Counted from the first letter of the stretch, positions 25,657-32,000 are shown. The stretch: DNA of 32,000 bases from Candidatus Saccharimonadota bacterium (GCA_023898645.1 CP060232.1:120001-152000), one strand, 5' to 3'. A program made the numbers and translations. The notes: generated by a model from the letters alone, not told the origin.

Positions 25657-25809
25657 TAATCTGCGTATATCTTGTGGAAAAGGTATTGCAGCATGAGCGT
25701 AATAAATGGTAAACTCGATTCAAACAAACAGGTGCCAAATGAGCCGCGGGACGTTATATGCGTTCCGCGGCTCTTTATGTTACCGAGGTGAAAGTTTATA
25801 ATAGTAAGT

Positions 25810-25998
25810 ATGGACAAAGAGACATCGCCACCACCATCAGAAGACGAGCCAGAAGCCGTAATCATACCGTTTCCTGATGAAGATAAGGAATTAAAAGAAG
25901 CCATGAGTCGTCACCCTGCAAGGGGTACGAAAACCACAGCTGAAATATTAGCTCAGTTGGGACTGGATAATACACCCGACGACCCCGACACGGCTTGA
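25810..25998 (+). CDS. Small acidic Pro/Asp/Glu-rich hypothetical protein (62 aa)
   Basis: TATAAT (25797-25802) lies 7 nt upstream of the ATG, a leaderless geometry. Starts with MDKE like the next ORF. Low-complexity composition keeps confidence modest. Confidence 0.45.
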   Translation: MDKETSPPPSEDEPEAVIIPFPDEDKELKEAMSRHPARGTKTTAEILAQLGLDNTPDDPDTA

Positions 25999-26023
25999 GT
26001 ATTCATAATAGTTATGCTATAAT
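25995..26023 (+). promoter_or_regulatory. Sigma70-like promoter that places the TSS at or next to the ATG at 26030
   Basis: TTGAGT (25995-26000), 17-nt spacer, TGcTATAAT (TATAAT 26018-26023). The ATG lies 6 nt downstream. Confidence 0.6.
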
Positions 26024-26029
26024 ATATTT

Positions 26030-26320
26030 ATGGACAAAGAAAAGCCAAATCCCATACGAGAGGATTTAGGGTACGACCTACCACCGTCGGAAGAGATGAC
26101 GCTCGACCAGGCAAAGGCGTTGCATGCCCAGGGCTTGGGCGGCAAAAAGGCTGAACGGATCGTGAAACGCGAGCAGGATAGGCAATTTTTCGATAGCCAA
26201 CACGGTGTAGATTCGACTCTTCCGCCGTTAACGCCCGAAGAAGTTGAACGCAGCCATCGTGGACATGCGTTAGCTAGTGAGGCTCTGAAAAGAGCAAAAG
26301 AAAAAAAGAAAGACGACTAA
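26030..26320 (+). CDS. Small charged hypothetical protein (96 aa)
   Basis: Canonical promoter immediately upstream and a terminator downstream. Starts with MDKE. Confidence 0.55.
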   Translation: MDKEKPNPIREDLGYDLPPSEEMTLDQAKALHAQGLGGKKAERIVKREQDRQFFDSQHGVDSTLPPLTPEEVERSHRGHALASEALKRAKEKKKDD

Positions 26321-26340
26321 AATTCGTGAACGAAAGTAAA

Positions 26341-26367
26341 AGACCCCAAGCTAACGCTGTGGGGTCT
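26341..26367. terminator. Bidirectional terminator between convergent genes
   Basis: agacccca (26341-26348) pairs with tggggtct (26360-26367). T-rich on the plus side and A-rich (T-rich on minus) upstream. Confidence 0.7.
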
Positions 26368-26385
26368 GTATTTATCGACTGGCTT

Positions 26386-26787
26386 TTACCAATCGAGTCT
26401 TGGTTTGATGAAGTGCTTTTTGAAGTGGTCGCGTAGTCGCGTCCATTCATGCTCAAGTGCCGCCAAATAACTGGCTTTCTTGGCCTGTGCACCATCAGAA
26501 TAGCCGAAATTTTTCGTCAAATCTGATGCTACGGTTTGGAACGAAATTTCCGCTGGGTACGCCAGGCGGTTTACGTTTCGCAGATTACCGTAGATACGTT
26601 CCAGGATTGCCAAGCGGGCCTCAAGGTCCATCTGGACAAGCGCAGAATGGCTCTCGCGCATCTTGCGACGTATACTTGCGACTTCGTATTCGCAAAACGT
26701 CAGAATTTTTTCCACGATTATGCTGTCAGACGTCCATTCAATCGGTGCATACCGGTCCGTGCCATACAAATTTAACGGATATGCCAC
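26386..26787 (-). CDS. Hypothetical protein (~133 aa)
   Basis: I prefer the GTG at 26787, with AGGAG 8 nt upstream. The tracked GTG at 26796 abuts the SD. No domain recognised. Confidence 0.6.
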   Translation of the reverse strand: MAYPLNLYGTDRYAPIEWTSDSIIVEKILTFCEYEVASIRRKMRESHSALVQMDLEARLAILERIYGNLRNVNRLAYPAEISFQTVASDLTKNFGYSDGAQAKKASYLAALEHEWTRLRDHFKKHFIKPRLDW

Positions 26788-26920
26788 TTTTTTCACTCCT
26801 AAGACTCAAAGAACTAAACAGCAGTATCATACAACGAAAGTGACGTATATGCAACGTCAATTTTGCAAATCAATTTTATACAGAGTGATAACGATTAATT
26901 CTGCTTATTTAACTTTATTC

Positions 26921-26996
26921 TGGTGGGGCTGGTAGGAATCGAACCTACTACCAAGTGGTTATGAGCCGCCTGCTCTAACCGATGAGCTACAGCCCC
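26921..26996 (-). tRNA. tRNA with CAT anticodon: elongator Met or lysidine-dependent Ile2
   Basis: 76-nt cloverleaf: GGGGCTG/CAGCCCC acceptor, GCTC/GAGC D stem, GGCGG-CTCATAA-CCACT anticodon arm (one C-A mismatch), GTAGG-TTCGATT-CCTAC T arm. CCA is encoded. Confidence 0.9.
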
Positions 26997-27159
26997 ATGC
27001 CAGAATAAAACCAAATAAGCTAGTTAGCTCGTCTTTGTCTATTTTATCATCACTACGCTATATTTGTATGTTTTGAACAAATATATCACTTCATCGTCTC
27101 TGAAAAACTTGCATGAGCAATCTTTTCGCTTGTCTCCTAGTGTTATAATAGTAAAAACA

Positions 27160-27609
27160 ATGCAAAACAGACAAATAAAACGATTCATTTACACCGTTCG
27201 CCATCAGTATATGACGATGAACAATATGGTGCTTGCGGTGGCGGTGGTCATTGCCGTTGGCTGGGCGTGGTCGTCGGTTGAGGCGGTGCAACGTAACTAC
27301 CAGCTGCAAAAAGAAGTGAACGATAAGAGGCGTCAAGCGAAGCTCATTGAATTGCAAACCGAAAACCTGCAGTTCGAACAGAACTATTATAAGAGCAATG
27401 AATATCTTACGCTCGAAGCAAAGCGACGATTAGGATTGGTGGAACCGGGTGAAAAAGTTTTGATATTACCAGCGAACTCAGCTTCTGTCGTAGCAGAGGA
27501 TCAGGCCGAAAAGAACGCGGATACGTTGCTTCCAGATGACGTACCGCCCCCGCCGCCTCTTACCCAATGGCTTGATTTTTTGTTTGGTGCTAAGCCAAAC
27601 GCTCGATAG
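27160..27609 (+). CDS. FtsB/DivIC-like septum formation initiator family protein
   Basis: A single TM segment (MVLAVAVVIAVGWAW), then a coiled coil and EYLTLEAKRRLGLVEPGEKV. I prefer the ATG at 27160, 10 nt after TGtTATAAT (27144-27149); the upstream part of the tracked ORF covers the promoter. Confidence 0.7.
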   Translation: MQNRQIKRFIYTVRHQYMTMNNMVLAVAVVIAVGWAWSSVEAVQRNYQLQKEVNDKRRQAKLIELQTENLQFEQNYYKSNEYLTLEAKRRLGLVEPGEKVLILPANSASVVAEDQAEKNADTLLPDDVPPPPPLTQWLDFLFGAKPNAR

Positions 27610-27656
27610 GAGATTTGCAAAATCGGGCTTACGGTGATACCATAGTACTCACATGC

Positions 27657-27733
<77 letters not shown>

Positions 27734-27740
27734 GAAAAAT

Positions 27741-27766
27741 GCCTGTCAGAAAAGACAGGCTTTTTT
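27741..27766 (+). terminator. Rho-independent terminator after tRNA-fMet
   Basis: gcctgtc (27741-27747) pairs with gacaggc (27754-27760), followed by TTTTTT. An A-run upstream makes it potentially bidirectional. Confidence 0.85.
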
Positions 27767-27951
27767 CTTGGTTCTGGCGCCGATTGAATCTGCGACTTTT
27801 TGCGAAGCAAAAATGGTCGCAGGGTCGCGCAGTGAACGAAGTGAAAGAAAGCGCGAAGCATTTTCTTGAGCGAGTGAACGGAGGAGGCTTTAGCCGATAA
27901 TCCTACCCTGATCACTTCGTAAAATTAACAAAAAAGAGGAGAGAAGGCGCT

Positions 27952-27985
27952 ACTCGCGAGGAGGTACTGAAACCTCCTCGCGAGT
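27952..27985 (-). terminator. 13-bp perfect hairpin terminator for the minus-strand gene ending at 28001
   Basis: actcgcgaggagg (27952-27964) pairs with cctcctcgcgagt (27973-27985). The minus strand continues into ctcttttttgtt. Confidence 0.7.
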
Positions 27986-28000
27986 GCTACGCTGATATAT

Positions 28001-28375
28001 TTAGCATCTGCCGTTGCATCTTGCCATAATTCGATTGTAGTCGGCGAGGGCATTGAACCACATATTTTCTATCCAATTCAGGAAAACTTGTAGGGGTTGT
28101 GGGTCAGAGAAGCAGTCAAAATAGTCTGGTGCGTAGGCTACGGTTAGCACGATTTCTCTACCGCATGTCGTCTGAGTGACGAGTACTCCATCTGCATATA
28201 ACGTCTCGATCTTCCTTTTTATTTCGTTGAACTTTTCGAGCATCATGGACGCTTGAAATGAAAAGTGACGTCGACGTATAACTTGATGGTCGCAGTTGAT
28301 GCTCCCCCCGTAAGATATGGGCACGATCCTGACGGCTGCGTATACTTTTTCTTGTTGCATCGCCTTCTCTCTCAT
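28001..28375 (-). CDS. Hypothetical protein (124 aa; alternative ATG at 28360)
   Basis: Clean ORF with a terminator downstream. C-terminus ends ARCNGRC. No domain recognised. Confidence 0.55.
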   Translation of the reverse strand: MREKAMQQEKVYAAVRIVPISYGGSINCDHQVIRRRHFSFQASMMLEKFNEIKRKIETLYADGVLVTQTTCGREIVLTVAYAPDYFDCFSDPQPLQVFLNWIENMWFNALADYNRIMARCNGRC

Positions 28376-28382
28376 AGGTTTA

Positions 28383-28407
28383 CTCGTGATGCGCGGGGCA
28401 TCACGAG
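28383..28407 (-). terminator. 10-bp GC-rich hairpin between the flavoprotein gene and the downstream ORF (weak terminator or attenuator)
   Basis: ctcgtgatgc (28383-28392) pairs with gcatcacgag (28398-28407) around a 5-nt loop. No clear U-tract. Confidence 0.35.
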
Positions 28408-28491
28408 GTGCGACCGTGGAATTGTATCTACGGTACAGTACTATTTAATGCTTATGTCGAATTTGGGTCAGTGAGATAGGTAACAGTAACA

Positions 28492-29865
28492 CTATGATAG
28501 TTTGCTTGCGGCAACGCGAATAGCTTCCGACCAAGTCAGGAAGGCGTGGGGAGTGGCGGCAATTTGTGCGGCGGTGTGGCCGTATTTGATGGCCAGGGCA
28601 AGCTCATGAATCATTTCTTCGGCTCCTGGCGCCATGATTGTCGCTCCGAGTAGTACGCCCTTTTTATCGGTGATGAGTTTGACGAATCCGTCGTGGAAAT
28701 CGCTAACGTTGCTACGGGCGACTATGCTAAGCGGTGCCGTCGCTTTTTTGACATGCAGGTCACGACGTAGGCAATCGTCTTCGCTGAGGCCTACAGAAGC
28801 GATGGCAGGATAGGTGAAGACGACACGGGGCAAGGCAGTGTAGTCGGGGACTAGTTTGTTGCGAGACAGTATGTTTTGGGCGACTACCCTACTCTCTAGT
28901 AATGCAGCATGCGTGTAGCCGTGACGTCCGAGTACGTCACCCGTGGCGTAGATATGTTTCGTGCTTGTTTGTAGGTGATCGTTGACTATGATGCCTTTGG
29001 CCGTGTATTCGACGCCGGCGTTTTCTAGTCCTATGTCGACGTTTGGTGTTCGGCCAGCGGTAATCAAAACTTCATCAACGCGTAGGGAATGCTCATGGCC
29101 GCCGCGATTGTAGGTGACGCGGCGAGCAATGTTTTCGTTTTCGATGACGAGTGTGCGGGTTTGGGTGAGTACAGTGACATTTTTCTGCGTGGTTAGGATT
29201 TTTTCCATCAACTCCCCTGCCTCACTGTCGTAACCAGGAAGTAGGCGAGAAGCAATGTCCGCAATGTAGACTTTGGTGCCAAAGATTGCCATGAGTTGGG
29301 CGAGTTCTACACCAATGGGACCGCCGCCAACGATATATAGTGACTTTGGTGGTTTAAGAGACTCGAGTATGGTGCGGGGCGTTACATAATCCGCTTCGGA
29401 AAGTCCGTGGATGTCGGGGAGTGTCCATCCGGCGCCGGTTGAGATGATAAATGAAGCAGCCGAGTAGTTATGACGATTGACGCTTATTTCGTGCGGCGAC
29501 AAAAAGTGCGCTTTGCCTTGGAGTGTCGCGATGCCTTCGTTTTCATAATATTTGCGATTGCCACCTGCGCCTGTTCGTTTGACGGCCATGTCCTTCCAGT
29601 CACGAAGAGACGGGTAGTTGTAGCCGATTGAACTGGAGCGTAGCCCGAAGCGCGTGCCAAGGCGCGCTTGATCAAAAAGTTGTGCCGCCTGAAGCAATGC
29701 CTTGATGGGAACGTCACCCCAGTTTGGACTGGTGCCACCAAATGTGTCAGCTTCAACAATTGCAACTTTTTTGCCTTCTCTGGCGGCTATAGTTGCAGCT
29801 GCGCTGCCGCCGGCGCCACTGCCGATAACGATAAGGTCAAAATCAAACTTAAGTTTCTTGGCCAT
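28492..29865 (-). CDS. Class I pyridine-nucleotide-disulfide-oxidoreductase homolog (Lpd/GR/MerA fold) lacking the redox-active cysteine pair
   Basis: I prefer the ATG at 29865, with AAGGAG upstream. FAD motif GSGAGG, NAD(P) motif GGGPIG, YATGDV and the dimerisation domain are present. The expected GGTCxNxGCxPSK reads GGTSPNWGDVPIK. Confidence 0.8.
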   Translation of the reverse strand: MAKKLKFDFDLIVIGSGAGGSAAATIAAREGKKVAIVEADTFGGTSPNWGDVPIKALLQAAQLFDQARLGTRFGLRSSSIGYNYPSLRDWKDMAVKRTGAGGNRKYYENEGIATLQGKAHFLSPHEISVNRHNYSAASFIISTGAGWTLPDIHGLSEADYVTPRTILESLKPPKSLYIVGGGPIGVELAQLMAIFGTKVYIADIASRLLPGYDSEAGELMEKILTTQKNVTVLTQTRTLVIENENIARRVTYNRGGHEHSLRVDEVLITAGRTPNVDIGLENAGVEYTAKGIIVNDHLQTSTKHIYATGDVLGRHGYTHAALLESRVVAQNILSRNKLVPDYTALPRVVFTYPAIASVGLSEDDCLRRDLHVKKATAPLSIVARSNVSDFHDGFVKLITDKKGVLLGATIMAPGAEEMIHELALAIKYGHTAAQIAATPHAFLTWSEAIRVAASKLS

Positions 29866-29873
29866 AGGACTCC

Positions 29874-30158
29874 TTAGATAATGCTCCGATGATGTTGATA
29901 GAAATAGGCTGCTTCTGGGTGGTAACGGTTTAGGTGAGCACTGGCTATTCGACGTAGGTCGTGACTGGTGACGGCTGGTCTGGTGTCTAGCCACAATATG
30001 ACGGCGTTGGATACGTTTCTGGCGGTCATGTTGGCTTCGCCTTCGGGTGTACGAACGGATAGGCAAGCGGCACGAATACTTTGTAGCAATTTGTCCGTGT
30101 CGAACGTTTCGGTTTTGCGCCTACCGGATCTCTTTACTACGTCTACGTAAAGTCCCAT
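29874..30158 (-). CDS. Stand-alone ATP-cone domain protein (94 aa)
   Basis: VVKRSGRRKTETFDTDKLLQSIRAAC matches the ATP-cone N-terminal signature (V.KRdG..e.F...Ki...i..A). No Zn-ribbon and no catalytic domain. Confidence 0.7.
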   Translation of the reverse strand: MGLYVDVVKRSGRRKTETFDTDKLLQSIRAACLSVRTPEGEANMTARNVSNAVILWLDTRPAVTSHDLRRIASAHLNRYHPEAAYFYQHHRSII

Positions 30159-30925
30159 TACTGTGCTCCTATCGTGGAGGCAACGGCCACTGTGAGAACC
30201 TGCTCAACGTATACGTAGGCGGCTAAGATGATTAATCCGCTACCGGCAGCAAATTGCAAAAAGCGTTTGTTTGATTCACGCCAGTGTTGAATGCGGCTGA
30301 GCTTGTGTCCGCCACCGATCAGTATGCCGACGATCATAAGGGGCAAAATGGCAATGCCTGCGTAGAGTAGGACGCCGAGAAGTTGCCAGTCGGACGACAA
30401 TTGTATCAGGACGAGAGCGGCGATAGTCAACGGGGCAAAGGTGAAAAGAAACTCGGCGAAGATGCTGGTGAGTCCCAGGCCGAAAGCTTCTGCTGATTCT
30501 TTGGTTGCCTTTGCCCTATCGCCCAAAAAGCGGGCAAAACTGCGAGGGATCCAGAGTGACGTGCCAGATTCATGACGGAAGTAAAATAACCACACGGACA
30601 ACCCTACCCCGACTCCCCCGCCGGCGCATGCCGCCCAAACGAGTAGTGGAGTGCGAACGGGTAGGAGGGTGTTGAATGCGAAAGCAATAGAAGACAGAAG
30701 TAGGGCAACCATCACGCCAGCGCCTAATATGAAGCTGCCAGTCAGACGCATTAATCGTAGATGCGCTGTCTTGCGGCCGAGCGCATGACCACTCAGCAGG
30801 GTCAGCATACTGATACTCAGTTGGAAGCTGGCATGGCATACTGCCGCCAAAAGGACGATGGAGAACGAGGTGAGTAAGTCGAAACCGTGCATGTTTGTTT
30901 TTATCCTTTTGCATAATCTTACCAT
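30158..30925 (-). CDS. Polytopic membrane protein of unknown family (alternative ATG at 30892)
   Basis: About 7-8 hydrophobic segments. Its stop TAA overlaps the ATG of the ATP-cone gene (TAATG). Confidence 0.65.
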   Translation of the reverse strand: MVRLCKRIKTNMHGFDLLTSFSIVLLAAVCHASFQLSISMLTLLSGHALGRKTAHLRLMRLTGSFILGAGVMVALLLSSIAFAFNTLLPVRTPLLVWAACAGGGVGVGLSVWLFYFRHESGTSLWIPRSFARFLGDRAKATKESAEAFGLGLTSIFAEFLFTFAPLTIAALVLIQLSSDWQLLGVLLYAGIAILPLMIVGILIGGGHKLSRIQHWRESNKRFLQFAAGSGLIILAAYVYVEQVLTVAVASTIGAQ

Positions 30926-31043
30926 AAGTGTTACGTAGAGGTCAAAATTGATATAAATTCCTCAAAACACTATTGCTTATTTGTAAATTGTATGCTAATA
31001 TAACTTTAGGTTTTGATAAAAACAAAAAAAGGAAAAAATCATA

Positions 31044-31193
31044 ATGACACAAAAATCACAAAGGGTAAGTAAACTTGAGCAGGCACTCGATGCTCTCTCG
31101 CTGGCGACGTGGAATCGGCCTCGTTCAACCAACGAATTACAGGCCTTTTTGAACCGACGCGAAGCCGTTGTTGAAACAGTAGAAGCCGACTAA
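31044..31193 (+). CDS. Candidate small protein (49 aa), absent from the ORF track
   Basis: ATG at 31044 after AGGA-containing aaaaaggaaaaaa. Reads MTQKSQRVSKLEQALDALSLATWNRPRSTNELQAFLNRREAVVETVEAD. A terminator hairpin follows. Confidence 0.4.
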   Translation: MTQKSQRVSKLEQALDALSLATWNRPRSTNELQAFLNRREAVVETVEAD

Positions 31194-31215
31194 CAAAAAT
31201 AATTCTGAACGGATG

Positions 31216-31248
31216 AAGTCTCTCCTTAAAGGGGAGATTTCTTAGTTT
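31216..31248 (+). terminator. Rho-independent terminator
   Basis: aagtctctcc / ggggagattt stem (G-U included) with loop ttaaa, followed by a T-rich tail. Confidence 0.65.
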
Positions 31249-31296
31249 GACACAAGTGGTATGATTAAAGGTACAGATAAGTGAGGGGAGGTCGCA

Positions 31297-32000
31297 ATGA
31301 TCGAAATGGTACCACACGAAGATGATCATGGGCATGAGCATCACCACGTGACTGACTATGAACCAAAACCGGACTCTTTCAATGAAGTGGAGCCGATTAA
31401 CCCTGACCTACTCTCTTGGTACCAGCAACAAGACGAAGTAGTTTTTGACGTGGTGCCGCATAGTCATTTGGACTACGCTTGGTATCGTGATCGCGAGGCG
31501 TCAAAGATGCGCGAGATCGAGGCGTTCGTGAAGACTGTCAAAGTTGATCGTTTCACATTGGAGCAGATGATTACCGCCAAAGAATTTGTCGAAGGTGGCG
31601 GCAAGCGAGTTAAAGAAGATTTGCTTGAAATGATTCGTGATGAACGTATGGAGCTGATCGGGCTGTATATCCAGCCGGAAGTATTTCTGAGTCCCGAAGA
31701 GTCGACGTTTTGGAATATTGAATTTGGTCAAAGGGCCGCACGGGAGCTTGGCGGCAATCCATCTAGCGTGGCTTACATACCCGACACGTTTGGATTTCCA
31801 GACACGATGGCGACCATGCTGAAACACGCTGGTGTCGATTCGTTTCTGTTCGAGCGAGGCTTTGAGCAGATTGATACTATCGGAGCTATGTTCATGCTTG
31901 AAGGTCCGGATGGCAGCAAGGTGCTTGCTATGCCGATGCAAGGCGGTTACAGCAATGCCGGGGGACTAACGAGTGTCCATGACGTAGACCGTGAAGCGGT
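31297..32000 (+). CDS. Glycoside hydrolase family 38 (alpha-mannosidase-like), 3' end cut by window edge
   Basis: GGGGAGG RBS 6 nt before the ATG at 31297. The frame is open to the window end (I checked it codon by codon). GH38 N-terminal signatures VVPHSHLDYAWY and IPDTFGFP. Not in the ORF track because there is no stop in the window. Confidence 0.8.
   Translation, partial: MIEMVPHEDDHGHEHHHVTDYEPKPDSFNEVEPINPDLLSWYQQQDEVVFDVVPHSHLDYAWYRDREASKMREIEAFVKTVKVDRFTLEQMITAKEFVEGGGKRVKEDLLEMIRDERMELIGLYIQPEVFLSPEESTFWNIEFGQRAARELGGNPSSVAYIPDTFGFPDTMATMLKHAGVDSFLFERGFEQIDTIGAMFMLEGPDGSKVLAMPMQGGYSNAGGLTSVHDVDREA

Noticed and set aside
29866-30066. 67-aa N-terminal extension of the flavoprotein ORF (tracked as 28492-30066)
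   Set aside because: The extension overlaps the ATP-cone gene in another frame and is Arg/Ser/Pro/Gln-rich junk. The internal ATG at 29865 has a perfect AAGGAG, and the FAD-binding GxGxxG begins 13 residues after it, as expected.
31039-31941. Minus-strand ORFs 31039-31347 (102 aa) and 31501-31941 (146 aa)
   Set aside because: The second is antisense to the motif-bearing GH38 frame. The first spans a terminator, an RBS and the GH38 start region. Neither has start signals.

Overview
This 32-kb window looks like ordinary chromosome from a small-genome bacterium. It uses the standard genetic code: TGA terminates several well-supported genes. The gene content and the many tiny hypothetical proteins make me guess a Patescibacteria/Saccharibacteria-like organism, with low confidence. 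I support about 45 protein genes and 2 tRNAs, and I found no rRNA, CRISPR array, transposase or integrase. In order, the window holds: two paralogous sensor histidine kinases, a receiver-only response regulator and a convergent Crp/Fnr regulator; an AbrB-PhoU fusion divergent from pstSCAB; an AbrB-like gene plus a DHA2-type MFS pump; a DsbA-like protein; a CBS-pair membrane protein; aspS; a DUF948-like/YtxH-like pair; MBL hydrolase-msrA; a cysteine-free MutY-like glycosylase; trmB; a MurC-like ligase; two CAT-anticodon tRNAs (one the initiator) flanking an FtsB/DivIC-like gene; and a 3'-truncated GH38 glycosidase that the ORF track missed. There are two best candidates for an undescribed system. 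The first, at 21410-23363, is a divergent cluster in which a ~187-aa stand-alone class II aaRS catalytic-core paralog is translationally coupled to a HisE/MazG-like pyrophosphatase. These two face a wHTH + degenerate-Nudix regulator and a second MazG-like gene. The second, at 28492-30925, is a tightly coupled operon of polytopic membrane protein, stand-alone ATP-cone protein and a flavoprotein-disulfide-reductase homolog that lacks the redox-active CxxxxC. Other unexplained structure includes a ~167-nt long hairpin capped by a C(UACG)G tetraloop just upstream of aspS, an orphan promoter-to-terminator unit with no convincing ORF (11819-12198), and a recurrent -10 box 6-8 nt upstream of start codons, which implies many leaderless mRNAs. 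All functional calls rest on motif reading by eye; no database searches were run.
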